From IMG/VR virus record IMGVR_UViG_3300013123_000002: a DNA stretch of 20,000 nt; one strand, given 5' to 3'. Every line of letters starts with the position of its first letter. Position 1 is the first letter of the stretch. Positions 1 to 7,884 of this stretch are shown here, piece by piece. This stretch comes from an uncultured virus (IMG/VR IMGVR_UViG_3300013123_000002). Its lineage: Duplodnaviria; Heunggongvirae; Uroviricota; Caudoviricetes. Below the pieces are notes generated by a model that was given only the letters and a program-made list of their open reading frames with translations, searched no databases and was not told the origin of the DNA. A program made the position numbers and the translations under genes.

Positions 1-196
1 GTTCTCCGATCAGCAAAGGGTTGTTCTTTTTTCTTCGGGAAAGGATTTGGCTGCACCGCTTTATCTCTTCTGCTCTTCCGACTACCGGGTCCAATTTTCC
101 TTCAGCTGCTAGCTGGGTTAGGTCCTTACCGAACGAGTCAACCAGTGGAGTTTTAGTTGCTGGAGATGGTTGTTTTGTTTGCGACATCTGTTTCAT
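1..196 (-). CDS. ClpB/ClpC/ClpA-family AAA+ ATPase, 5' part only (runs off window)
   Basis: Not in ORF track. Manual translation from ATG 196: [65 protein letters not shown]. This is the hallmark entry into Clp NBD1 ([15 protein letters not shown]...ILSRR.KNNP.LIGE). Confidence 0.93.
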   Translation of the reverse strand, partial: MKQMSQTKQPSPATKTPLVDSFGKDLTQLAAEGKLDPVVGRAEEIKRCSQILSRRKKNNPLLIGE

Positions 197-201
197 TTTG
201 T

Positions 202-837
202 TTAATCCCACCAGCCCTTCATACCAGAGCCGTCGAACCATTTATACCAACGGTTCTCATCTTTTTTCTCTTCCTCAGTCAAATTTTCTTCGACTTTTTT
301 GTAGTCTTCGTAGTTCTGCCCGTGAAGTATCTCGAAGAGCTCTTTCCAGGTGTCTTTTTCCAACTTTCTGGACAGTGCATAGATCTCAGCATTATCTTTC
401 TCTTCCTGTTCGGTAGCTTTTGACACAACTTTCGTCCAGTTTGGATTCTTTTCATCGCTTTCGAAAGAAATCCAATCGGACACTTTTTTACCGAGCTGTT
501 CTTCAGCTACGCTGACAAAATCATCCTCAATGTGATAGTTTAGGATCTCTACAGCACGACGCATCTTTTCGATCTTCTTTAGGCGAGATTCGTCAACTTC
601 GTGACCGTACTTTTCGATATAGTCTGCAGTTGTTGTGATGTTCGTGCGAAGGAGTCTGAGAGCTCCGTGAGTGTCCCACGGATAAGTGTGCCAAAGGTCC
701 TTTCTGTAAGTTCTCAGGTTCTTAAGAAAGCGAGGCACGTCGTACCTCAGGCAATCCCAAGCCTTCCAAAACCACCTCTGACGATTGCGTAAGCGCTTTA
801 GGCTCTTTGCGAAAGTGCCGGTTAGTACAACGTCCAT
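202..837 (-). CDS. hypothetical phage protein (211 aa)
   Basis: ATG-TAA ORF tightly packed with neighbours; no recognised motif. Confidence 0.8.
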   Translation of the reverse strand: MDVVLTGTFAKSLKRLRNRQRWFWKAWDCLRYDVPRFLKNLRTYRKDLWHTYPWDTHGALRLLRTNITTTADYIEKYGHEVDESRLKKIEKMRRAVEILNYHIEDDFVSVAEEQLGKKVSDWISFESDEKNPNWTKVVSKATEQEEKDNAEIYALSRKLEKDTWKELFEILHGQNYEDYKKVEENLTEEEKKDENRWYKWFDGSGMKGWWD

Positions 838-854
838 GTGATGTTTCCTTTATT

Positions 855-1307
855 TTATTTACCTTCAGCATCTTCGATTTGCTTTTCTTCGATTATGCCC
901 TTGAGAAAGTTTCGGATGTTCGTTCGAACTTCGTACTTTAACCTTCTACGGTACCTGTGAGCTTCGGTGTTAACGATCTCCATCAGGTAATTGTAAGAAG
1001 ATTCCATGAACCACTGAGAGTGAAACCCACTGTGATTGTGGATCGACACCATGTGATCCTTAGTATCGTGGTACAAGGTGAACAGCATGCGTTCTTCGAC
1101 TATCAAAACTTCGCCAGTTATCTTATCGTAAAGAATCTTCTCTGGGTGTTTCTTTACTGTCATGACAACAAGATCGAAAACGTCCTTTTGTTCAGAATTA
1201 AGAAGCTTAAGCGCATGGTTTCTTTCAGATTCTTTACGTTTCTGACGAGTCCTTACGTTCATTCGCTTTATCTGATAGCTGAAATATCGTGTTACCGGAT
1301 TTTTCAT
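855..1307 (-). CDS. hypothetical protein (150 aa)
   Basis: ORF, co-oriented packing. Confidence 0.75.
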   Translation of the reverse strand: MKNPVTRYFSYQIKRMNVRTRQKRKESERNHALKLLNSEQKDVFDLVVMTVKKHPEKILYDKITGEVLIVEERMLFTLYHDTKDHMVSIHNHSGFHSQWFMESSYNYLMEIVNTEAHRYRRRLKYEVRTNIRNFLKGIIEEKQIEDAEGK

Positions 1308-1337
1308 TGCTTTTAGTTCTAAGATACTATACCAAAC

Positions 1338-1715
1338 TTATCGTTTTCCGGACAGTAACCGAAATATGTCTGCATCCGTTATTGTTAGCTTTTGAGGAAG
1401 GTCAAACTCTTCGAAGTTCTCGCTTACTCGGAGTTCTTCAACGTGCTTCCAAAGGCTAGGAACGTCGTAACATATAGGGTTGTTCTTCTCGTCAAACGCT
1501 TGCAGCGGAGTCTCGCTAGCAGTTCTCTCGTAGAGGTACCAGCCTATCCAATCTCCGCCAGTCTTTCCGTAGTACGCGTTTAGAGCTAAGTTCAGAGCAA
1601 TCATCCATCCTTCCTCGTACTCTATCAGGTCTATGCCCAACTTTGCTGCCTCTACTCCGCGTTCTCCCTGAACTTCTATAGCTCGTATTATCGCTTTGAA
1701 TACTTCAAGTTTCAT
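1338..1715 (-). CDS. hypothetical protein (125 aa)
   Basis: ORF; ATGA overlap with upstream gene stop. Confidence 0.75.
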   Translation of the reverse strand: MKLEVFKAIIRAIEVQGERGVEAAKLGIDLIEYEEGWMIALNLALNAYYGKTGGDWIGWYLYERTASETPLQAFDEKNNPICYDVPSLWKHVEELRVSENFEEFDLPQKLTITDADIFRLLSGKR

Positions 1716-1918
1716 CCCAAATCAATTTTAGGTTTAGCCAATAATTTTTCCTTAAAATCCTCAAGAGCAGTTTCCAAACCAGCGGCAATGAGAAGTTCCA
1801 GGTCGCCAGGGCCGGATATCGCTTTGTTCTTCTGTGCTATCGCTAGGGACTGCACTATCGCGCTAGCGTATTCCTGGCTAAGCTGCGGTATGTTCAATTC
1901 TTTCTTAGTGTCTTCCAT
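1712..1918 (-). CDS. hypothetical protein (68 aa)
   Basis: ORF overlapping both neighbours (coupled). Confidence 0.7.
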   Translation of the reverse strand: MEDTKKELNIPQLSQEYASAIVQSLAIAQKNKAISGPGDLELLIAAGLETALEDFKEKLLAKPKIDLG

Positions 1919-2429
1919 TTAGGTGATTGATTATTTTGTCGGCGCAGTCAGACAACCTGGTGTTTACCTCTGCCCAATCGCCGAATACCCACACGTGGTG
2001 ATTTTTCGTTATGTACGGGTACTCTTCAGTCATCTCTTCGAACCACCGTCCCAAGTTAAGATCATCTATCGCGATCCATTCTTCGACAGATTCGTGGTTC
2101 TGCTGTAGCCACCGTGCTATCTGGTAAGCTCTGTCCATGTCAAGCCAGGAACTAATCTTGGCTTTTTGAGTATCTGTTACCCCTATCACGACCGGAGGAA
2201 TGCCGTAGTGCTCGAATACCGAATTTAGTTGATCCACTGTGAAGTGTTTCTTCCAGTCAGAGCTGACAATGACCTTAGCATCGGTTTCTGTGATTATCTC
2301 TGCTAAAACTTCGCACTGGTCCTTTTCCCAACCGTACGGTATCGTGAGGTCTTCGGAGATTTTCACCGACCCATCGTCCCAGGTTCCATAAGATAGCGGC
2401 CCGTCGATGTCCACGAATATCACTTTCAT
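1905..2429 (-). CDS. HAD-superfamily phosphatase, Swiss-Army-Knife RNA-repair-like type (HAD_SAK_2-like)
   Basis: MKVIFVDIDG motif I, IVSSDWK motif II, WIAIDD motif IV. Start moved to ATG 2429 (ATGA overlap with upstream TGA). Confidence 0.8.
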   Translation of the reverse strand: MKVIFVDIDGPLSYGTWDDGSVKISEDLTIPYGWEKDQCEVLAEIITETDAKVIVSSDWKKHFTVDQLNSVFEHYGIPPVVIGVTDTQKAKISSWLDMDRAYQIARWLQQNHESVEEWIAIDDLNLGRWFEEMTEEYPYITKNHHVWVFGDWAEVNTRLSDCADKIINHLNGRH

Positions 2430-2638
2430 TTGTTTCGCTCTTCTATTATTTCTGCCCACCTATCGTCCGCTCTTCTCCAAAGGTTTACAAATAAGGACGA
2501 ATAGTGAGCAGGAAACATTGTTCCAAAATTATTGATCAGAGCAAACGCCCCAGTCAATTGGTTCGTAGTCGTGCACGAATCGATAACTTTTTCGATCCAC
2601 TTAGCTACGTCACCGTAATGATTGCTAGTTGCTGCCAT
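2426..2638 (-). CDS. hypothetical protein (70 aa)
   Basis: ORF packed between SET and HAD genes. Confidence 0.7.
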   Translation of the reverse strand: MAATSNHYGDVAKWIEKVIDSCTTTNQLTGAFALINNFGTMFPAHYSSLFVNLWRRADDRWAEIIEERNK

Positions 2639-2639
2639 C

Positions 2640-3047
2640 TTACTTTATTTTTGTGTTTGTTCTGCCGTCCTTCCAGTAATCGTCGCCGCCGTAGTACAGA
2701 AAAATTTCCTCCCCAGCTTTAATAGGGGCACACGAGTAAAACTTAAAACTGCGAGATGTAGTATCAGTCACCCAGTACGCATTGCTCGGAGATCGGTGAT
2801 TGTATAGCATTCCGTAACCTAAAACTGCGACCTGTTTGGTTTCAGCCGTCATTGGTCCGGCCGGATAGTTGAACCGGTAATCTATAAGAAGAGAAGACGA
2901 TTCTCCGTAAGCTATAGGAAGTTCGACAAAAGCGCACTCTTCGATTAGTTCGTTGTTCGCTATGTCTTCCGTCGCAAACACTCCCCAACCGTGGACTGGG
3001 CTCTCCCTTACTTGTATCTTCTTTGATTGAAACAGAGCTATCATCAC
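2640..3047 (-). CDS. SET-domain protein (putative lysine methyltransferase)
   Basis: SPVHGWGVFATEDI, LYNHR..N and IKAGEEIFLYYG motifs. Confidence 0.9.
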   Translation of the reverse strand: MMIALFQSKKIQVRESPVHGWGVFATEDIANNELIEECAFVELPIAYGESSSLLIDYRFNYPAGPMTAETKQVAVLGYGMLYNHRSPSNAYWVTDTTSRSFKFYSCAPIKAGEEIFLYYGGDDYWKDGRTNTKIK

Positions 3048-3259
3048 TTTATGAGTTCTTGTATTTTTCTGTCAAGCTCTTCCAGAACCCTGCTAATTCC
3101 GTACTTGTTGATAAAGTAGCTGAGAACCGGCCCGGCATTGTTTTCCAAGTACCAAACACTGTTGAGGTGACTGTACTCTTTCATCCACTGAAAAGCATGC
3201 TTAGTTAAGCACTCCTTGTACACGTCTTCTTCCCGGTAAAACATCTCGTTATTTGCCAT
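3044..3259 (-). CDS. hypothetical protein (~71 aa)
   Basis: Start moved from TTG 3346 to ATG 3259 (MANNEMF), which overlaps the end of the upstream ORF. Confidence 0.6.
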   Translation of the reverse strand: MANNEMFYREEDVYKECLTKHAFQWMKEYSHLNSVWYLENNAGPVLSYFINKYGISRVLEELDRKIQELIK

Positions 3260-3437
3260 GGTCAATGTACGATTCTTTTGTGATGGCGATAATTCTCTCC
3301 CTCTGCTCAGGAGTCCAACTGTGACGGGCTCTCCACATTTCGACAAGAGCTTCTGCTAGCTCTTCATCGTAGTAGTTGGATCCCTTTTCTTCTTGGATGG
3401 TGATGATTATGCCTGGTTCGGCGAAGGTTGTTTGCAT
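3249..3437 (-). CDS. hypothetical protein (62 aa)
   Basis: ATG ORF downstream of the GTAGTATAAT box. Confidence 0.6.
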   Translation of the reverse strand: MQTTFAEPGIIITIQEEKGSNYYDEELAEALVEMWRARHSWTPEQRERIIAITKESYIDHGK

Positions 3438-3467
3438 ATAATTTCGCTAGTCTTTTTTACTAACGAT

Positions 3468-3477
3468 ATTATACTAC
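3468..3477 (-). promoter_or_regulatory. putative sigma70-like -10 promoter element GTAGTATAAT
   Basis: Identical 10-mer also at 7265-7274 and 11571-11580, each at or near a gene boundary. Confidence 0.6.
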
Positions 3478-3629
3478 TCAGGCTGTTGTTTGGATTTTAG
3501 TTTGGGCTTACTTTTCTTAACTTTCAAGCCCTTTTTCTTTGGGTTCAACCCAAAAATGTTAGGATCGCCGGTCTGGGATAAACTTGCTTGCTGCAAGAAT
3601 TGGTCAAAATTTTCGACGAGCCTCTTCAT
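3474..3629 (-). CDS. small basic protein (51 aa)
   Basis: ATG 3629 (MKRLVENFDQFL), 5 nt after the upstream TAA; Lys-rich tail; TAG stop. Confidence 0.55.
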   Translation of the reverse strand: MKRLVENFDQFLQQASLSQTGDPNIFGLNPKKKGLKVKKSKPKLKSKQQPE

Positions 3630-3634
3630 GTTGT

Positions 3635-4030
3635 TTACTTTGTCACTCCGAATATCATCGCCAGTATTATTCCAGCGATTGCAGTGAAGACTATCCAAAT
3701 GATCTTAGTAACAGTGTCCTTAAACGACATCATGTCTTTGTGTTCTTCTATAAACTTGTCGAAGTCCTTTTCCTCGGATTCTTGCTTCTTTCTGAATTCT
3801 GTGTTCTTGTTGACCCTAACGATAATTCCGTCTTCCGGATCCAGTAACTGTCTCTTTATCGCACGAAGATCTTCCTTCATTCCTTCTTGAGACTGATCGA
3901 TCCGCTCTATTCTCTCTTGAATTGCTTTTAATTCGCCGTTCGGTAGTTGCTTCTTAATGACTTCTAATGCTGTTAGAATGTCATTCATCATGTTATCCAC
4001 TGAATCGTTAGTGCCACGAGAACCTGTCAT
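3635..4030 (-). CDS. coiled-coil protein with C-terminal transmembrane helix (holin/XhlA-like architecture)
   Basis: Heptad-like charged N-terminus, then IIWIVFTAIAGIILAMIFG. Confidence 0.65.
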   Translation of the reverse strand: MTGSRGTNDSVDNMMNDILTALEVIKKQLPNGELKAIQERIERIDQSQEGMKEDLRAIKRQLLDPEDGIIVRVNKNTEFRKKQESEEKDFDKFIEEHKDMMSFKDTVTKIIWIVFTAIAGIILAMIFGVTK

Positions 4031-4067
4031 TTCGTGTACGAAGTTATTTTTAGTAAAAAGTAGTTGA

Positions 4068-4346
4068 TTAAGCGGTTGGCTCTTCGGTTTCTTCTCCCGA
4101 TGGAGCAGGCTCTTCGGATCCGTCTTCCGGACCGTCTAGCAAGGTAACTTCGTCTTGTCCAGGTTCAGTAGCTGGAATTTCGTCAGTCATTTCCGGTGTT
4201 TCCGGTTCAGCAACGATAGGTTTGGTTGGAAGTTCTGGCTGTTCCCCAATCGTAGGAACTGACATTCCACCGTCCTGAGCGGCTGTGAATTCTTCAAAAC
4301 TTAAGACCTTCTTAGCTCCGCTGCTAGTTAAACTCATTTCTGCCAT
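4068..4346 (-). CDS. acidic Pro/Glu-rich protein, possible virion internal protein
   Basis: Downstream of TATAAATA; N-terminal KKVLSFEEF motif. Confidence 0.7.
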   Translation of the reverse strand: MAEMSLTSSGAKKVLSFEEFTAAQDGGMSVPTIGEQPELPTKPIVAEPETPEMTDEIPATEPGQDEVTLLDGPEDGSEEPAPSGEETEEPTA

Positions 4347-4367
4347 GTTGGTTATGCAATTTTGAGT

Positions 4368-4375
4368 TATTTATA
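4368..4375 (-). promoter_or_regulatory. T4-like late promoter TATAAATA
   Basis: Exact T4 late consensus 21 nt upstream of ATG 4346. Confidence 0.7.
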
Positions 4376-4383
4376 CGGAAAGA

Positions 4384-4405
4384 GGAACAATTTGAGCCTC
4401 GCTCT
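4384..4405. repeat. 3'-UTR arm of inverted repeat enclosing the Zn-ribbon gene
   Basis: GGAACA-N4-GAGCCTCGCTCT on +; reverse-complement match at 5371-5390. Confidence 0.75.
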
Positions 4406-4416
4406 TGCACAAATTG

Positions 4417-5292
4417 TTAATTGTTTCTAGCGGTTCCGCACGTTGGGCAGAAGGCTTCACCGGATCTCCACCTACGGCCGCAACCTGTGCAGTACGAGCG
4501 AATCTCGCCAATCTCTGCGGGTTTTTGGCTTTCTGGAAGGATCTTCACTGTGTAGTAAGCGCAAGCGTAGAAGCTGAAATCTCCGTAAGTATCGACCAGC
4601 TTCTGGTTTGAGCGTTCACCCTTTTCGATTCTACCTGTCTCTATGTTTAGAGAGGATTTTGTCAACTTTAGGCCAATCGGTATTTTATCAGAAAAACTGT
4701 CCTCACAAGCCAGGTTCATGTTAGCTGAGTAATTAGCTGACATTCCGATGTTGTCTCCGAGACCTGCGCTTGGCGTGCTGTTGAAATAACAGTGGTCAGA
4801 CGTGAAGGTCGGATTGACGGTCGGATTTCCGGTAGTTCCGCCGCAAATTGTCGGTCCATTAATAGTGATGGAACCGTTTCCGCAGAACCAATTTTTCGGT
4901 TGGACGATCTCATCGTAGAACTCGACTGTTACCAGTCCGTTCTTTGCGATTGCAGCTCTTCCTTCAGCTGAATTTTCTGCTTCGTAGGTCGTGAATTTGA
5001 ACTTACGATCCTCTTCCAAGAACCGTTCGAGGTAACCTCTTTGGCCAGGATTCACGACGATACCTCCACCTGACACGGAAACTCCGTTGATGGAAATTTT
5101 TGCGAGAACTCTGTTTGACCTTGGATTCCAAAGCTCAATCTCAAAGGAGGTTCCGTCCTTCATGTAAACGTTTTCTCCGTAAAGCTTTAGACGATTTCTA
5201 CTCACGGTGACGTGAGCGGTTGGAGTTGGATTTGATGTTGAGTAATAGTATACTCCGCTCGAATAGTACGAGCTTGATTGATTTAGGTACAT
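4417..5292 (-). CDS. phage protein with beta-rich N-domain and C-terminal double-CxxC zinc ribbon
   Basis: C-terminal YCTGCG...FCPTCG. Start placed at ATG 5292 after an A-rich TIR; the alternative ATG 5322 lies in structured RNA. Confidence 0.8.
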   Translation of the reverse strand: MYLNQSSSYYSSGVYYYSTSNPTPTAHVTVSRNRLKLYGENVYMKDGTSFEIELWNPRSNRVLAKISINGVSVSGGGIVVNPGQRGYLERFLEEDRKFKFTTYEAENSAEGRAAIAKNGLVTVEFYDEIVQPKNWFCGNGSITINGPTICGGTTGNPTVNPTFTSDHCYFNSTPSAGLGDNIGMSANYSANMNLACEDSFSDKIPIGLKLTKSSLNIETGRIEKGERSNQKLVDTYGDFSFYACAYYTVKILPESQKPAEIGEIRSYCTGCGRRWRSGEAFCPTCGTARNN

Positions 5293-5314
5293 AGTTAGCT
5301 GTGTTATTTTTGCA

Positions 5315-5390
5315 AATCTCATCGCGACCGTTCGATCGATCGCTCAAGGGCCCTTGGACCCGAGACTCACAGAGCGAGGCTCTATGTTCC
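5315..5390 (-). ncRNA. putative structured 5' leader (hairpin plus three-way junction)
   Basis: Minus-strand stems AGTCTC/GAGATT, GGGTC/GGCCC, GCGATCG/CGGTCGC and CATAGAG/CTCTGTG in a GC-rich intergenic segment. Confidence 0.55.
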
Positions 5391-5395
5391 AATAG

Positions 5396-5403
5396 TATTT
5401 ATA
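5396..5403 (-). promoter_or_regulatory. T4-like late promoter TATAAATA
   Basis: Exact consensus immediately 5' of the structured leader. Confidence 0.7.
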
Positions 5404-5417
5404 CGATGGTTGGAAAA

Positions 5418-5747
5418 TTAGTTTTGCCGAGAAACTAGCTTAACGAAATCGCTAATAGTGTAACACAGTACAGCTTTCTGATCGTAGTGTTCCAGTGTGA
5501 ATTCTATGATCTCGTCGATCTGCGATTCGCTGCAGTAAATTCTCACAGGGATCATACGGTCGTTGAACTGTTCGTTATCTTCGCTGACCCACTGCCCCTT
5601 TGAAGTTTTGAATATGGTCAGTCCTCCAGCAATCGACCGAACTTTATCGTCCCACTGGTGGTGATAAGCAAGGTCGAACTTATTACCAGCATTGTCATGG
5701 TACGGGACAAGAATTTCCCAAAGATACTTTCGGCTAGCTATTTTCAT
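5418..5747 (-). CDS. hypothetical phage protein (109 aa)
   Basis: ORF with GGLTI...GQW...MIPVRI pattern; function unknown. Confidence 0.75.
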   Translation of the reverse strand: MKIASRKYLWEILVPYHDNAGNKFDLAYHHQWDDKVRSIAGGLTIFKTSKGQWVSEDNEQFNDRMIPVRIYCSESQIDEIIEFTLEHYDQKAVLCYTISDFVKLVSRQN

Positions 5748-6348
5748 CGAACACAGATTTGAACAGGGTTCGTAATGCAGATAAGGTCACTGTGCTCTTT
5801 GCGCTGTAATAAAGTTTGTCATCGTCTGCTTCGCCGAACATTGCAAATATTGACTCAGCATGAAATTTTTGGAGTTTGTCGACTGTTCGCTTAGCGTACA
5901 TGTACTTTCCTTCCAGGTGGGTCTCTATCTCGTTAAGCCAGTCAGCCATGACTTTGTTATGAGTTGTGAACCTTCTTTTTTCCTTCTTCCACTGATTTCC
6001 GCACTTGTTGCAGTGATTGACCTCGTTTGTGTCAATTTCCATCTCACCGTAGATACTTCCGCACCCCAAGAAAAAATCGCCGCCAACGTGACCATCACCT
6101 TGAACTCTCTGAATCTTGTCGACCACGTCAAGATTTCCGTCAGCTCCGCACTTTGGACAGGTGCTGTTGTGCAGGTTTACGTAAGACCGATTAGATTCGT
6201 CTTCTTCGGCTTCCTTTACTTTGGCCATTCCTCTGAGCTCTTCCAACTCTTTCTGAACTATAGCTCTTTGTTCAGCATTCTGCTTGTTACCTGCTTTAGC
6301 CAAGCGGTTTGTGCGCTTGACCCACCAAATTTTTAACGATTTGAACAT
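5734..6348 (-). CDS. hypothetical protein with CxxC..CxxC zinc-binding motif (204 aa)
   Basis: CPKCG and CNKCGNQW; TAG stop overlapping the next gene. Confidence 0.75.
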   Translation of the reverse strand: MFKSLKIWWVKRTNRLAKAGNKQNAEQRAIVQKELEELRGMAKVKEAEEDESNRSYVNLHNSTCPKCGADGNLDVVDKIQRVQGDGHVGGDFFLGCGSIYGEMEIDTNEVNHCNKCGNQWKKEKRRFTTHNKVMADWLNEIETHLEGKYMYAKRTVDKLQKFHAESIFAMFGEADDDKLYYSAKSTVTLSALRTLFKSVFDENS

Positions 6349-6349
6349 T

Positions 6350-6829
6350 TTAGTGATTCGTTATGTGATTTCTTACAGATTGTACCAATTCGTCGATGGA
6401 ACTGTACACGGTCGGCCCGCAAGCAAGTGAGGTTTGCTTTCTGACATCAAACGATCTGGGATAATTAGGATGCGTCCCCACGAATATTCTGCGTACGTTC
6501 CCTTGGGTAGGAAGTCTTAGCCTACCCCACAAGCCGTACTCGAACAGAGTGATCGGATTTAACGAACCTTCCGAGAACCAAAAGAGAATCATGTCAGCTT
6601 TTTCGAGGTGCTTAAATTCCCACTCTATTTGAACGTCTGACTCTTTCTCGTCGCCAGTATCAAAATTGTCTCTTCGTGGGTTGAAGATGACTAGGTCCGG
6701 AATGTCAAACAATTTTTCTATCACTTCGTTCTGCCAGTTTGGGCAGTTAGTGATTCCGCCAGCAAGAAAGATGCTTCTGGAAGCTAGGGATTTTTCAGAA
6801 TAGTTCGGTGCTTGAAGGACTACCGCCAT
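6350..6829 (-). CDS. nucleoside 2-deoxyribosyltransferase-like protein
   Basis: SIFLAGGI..CPNWQ, IFNPRR, QIEWE..HLEKAD.ILFWF, PITLFEYG. Confidence 0.85.
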   Translation of the reverse strand: MAVVLQAPNYSEKSLASRSIFLAGGITNCPNWQNEVIEKLFDIPDLVIFNPRRDNFDTGDEKESDVQIEWEFKHLEKADMILFWFSEGSLNPITLFEYGLWGRLRLPTQGNVRRIFVGTHPNYPRSFDVRKQTSLACGPTVYSSIDELVQSVRNHITNH

Positions 6830-6838
6830 AGGATTTGA

Positions 6839-7066
6839 TCATTTTGCCCAATCGTAAGTCTTTCCGGTCAACGGATTGTAGCTAAAGATTGCGTACTCAA
6901 GAAGGATGCGTTTCTTCTCTTTCTTCTTCTTTTTACGAGGAAAATTCTGAAGGTTTTTGTACTGATCAATAAGATCGTCACACCTCTGCTTGTTTTTTTC
7001 TTCCATGTCGTGCATCATGTCCACAAACATGTAAGTGGTTCCCATCAGATAACCTAGAGCGCTCAT
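6839..7066 (-). CDS. hypothetical basic protein (75 aa)
   Basis: Start moved to ATG 7066 (MSALG), ATGA-coupled to the upstream small ORF. Confidence 0.6.
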   Translation of the reverse strand: MSALGYLMGTTYMFVDMMHDMEEKNKQRCDDLIDQYKNLQNFPRKKKKKEKKRILLEYAIFSYNPLTGKTYDWAK

Positions 7067-7224
7067 TTTTCTACGATTTTGCAGTATTTCTTTTTGAATT
7101 TCACTGTGTAGGACCCCATCATGCTTGACCACACGCCTTTGTAAGAGTGTTTGAGTTCCTTATCGACCTTCATTCGCGAACCTTCCGGAATTCCATCGTG
7201 TTCTTTGATCACTTCTACTACCAT
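7063..7224 (-). CDS. small hypothetical protein (53 aa), missed by ORF track
   Basis: MVVEVIKEHDGIPEGSRMKVDKELKHSYKGVWSSMMGSYTVKFKKKYCKIVEK*. Fills the gap after promoter 7265; its TGA overlaps the next ATG. Confidence 0.65.
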   Translation of the reverse strand: MVVEVIKEHDGIPEGSRMKVDKELKHSYKGVWSSMMGSYTVKFKKKYCKIVEK

Positions 7225-7264
7225 GTTGACACAATTTTTTTAGATGAACCTTAAGCTCACCTAA

Positions 7265-7274
7265 ATTATACTAC
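7265..7274 (-). promoter_or_regulatory. putative -10 element GTAGTATAAT
   Basis: Second exact copy of the 10-mer, intergenic. Confidence 0.6.
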
Positions 7275-7295
7275 AAAAAGGAAAAAATGGAATGG

Positions 7296-7859
7296 TTACT
7301 GCATGTTTCCAAGCTCTTCGTACTTGGCAAGGATCGTGTCGATAGCTTCTTTTCTACCGGGAGAAATGTTTGTTATCATGTCTCCCAAATTGACCGAATT
7401 GTGATAGATCGAGTCAAATTCGTTGGAACTTATGATGCTAGGATCCTGTTTCTGCAGAGAGATGATGTCGACCAGCGTGTTGCTCAGCAGATCTTCTGCG
7501 CTGTGCAGATCTATTGCAGTTGGATCTTGCTCTAGGTAAGAAACGTAGCTTGTGATGTTATCTGCAAGGTCAGCTATCTCGTTACGTATCATCTTGTAGT
7601 CGACTTTGGAAGTCGGCGCACTGCTTTTCTTCAGCGAGAACACAGGAATCTTCACGATCTTCTGTTCAGCTCCTTCTAGCTGAACTCTTGCAAAGTCGCC
7701 AACGATTTCAAGCACTTGACCTTTACCTCTGTAAGAATCTACGTAATCCCTTTCACCTATTTCGTTAGGATCGGAACTGCTGGCTAGTTCAGCTTCTGGG
7801 TTTTCTAGAAAGCGGTCTGCGCTGAATTCTTCGAAGACCTTTACGTGTTTTCTTGGCAT
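7296..7859 (-). CDS. hypothetical protein, possible virion internal protein (187 aa)
   Basis: N-terminal KHVKVFEEF motif; AATAAATA late-like box at 7879-7886. Confidence 0.75.
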   Translation of the reverse strand: MPRKHVKVFEEFSADRFLENPEAELASSSDPNEIGERDYVDSYRGKGQVLEIVGDFARVQLEGAEQKIVKIPVFSLKKSSAPTSKVDYKMIRNEIADLADNITSYVSYLEQDPTAIDLHSAEDLLSNTLVDIISLQKQDPSIISSNEFDSIYHNSVNLGDMITNISPGRKEAIDTILAKYEELGNMQ

Positions 7860-7884
7860 AACTAAGGTAACTTTTTGTTATTTA

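Noticed and set aside
3438..3476. TAG readthrough fusing 3474-3629 to 3249-3437 (same frame, two TAGs)
   Set aside because: The intervening DNA is an AT-rich promoter region, and the frame match has a 1-in-3 chance.
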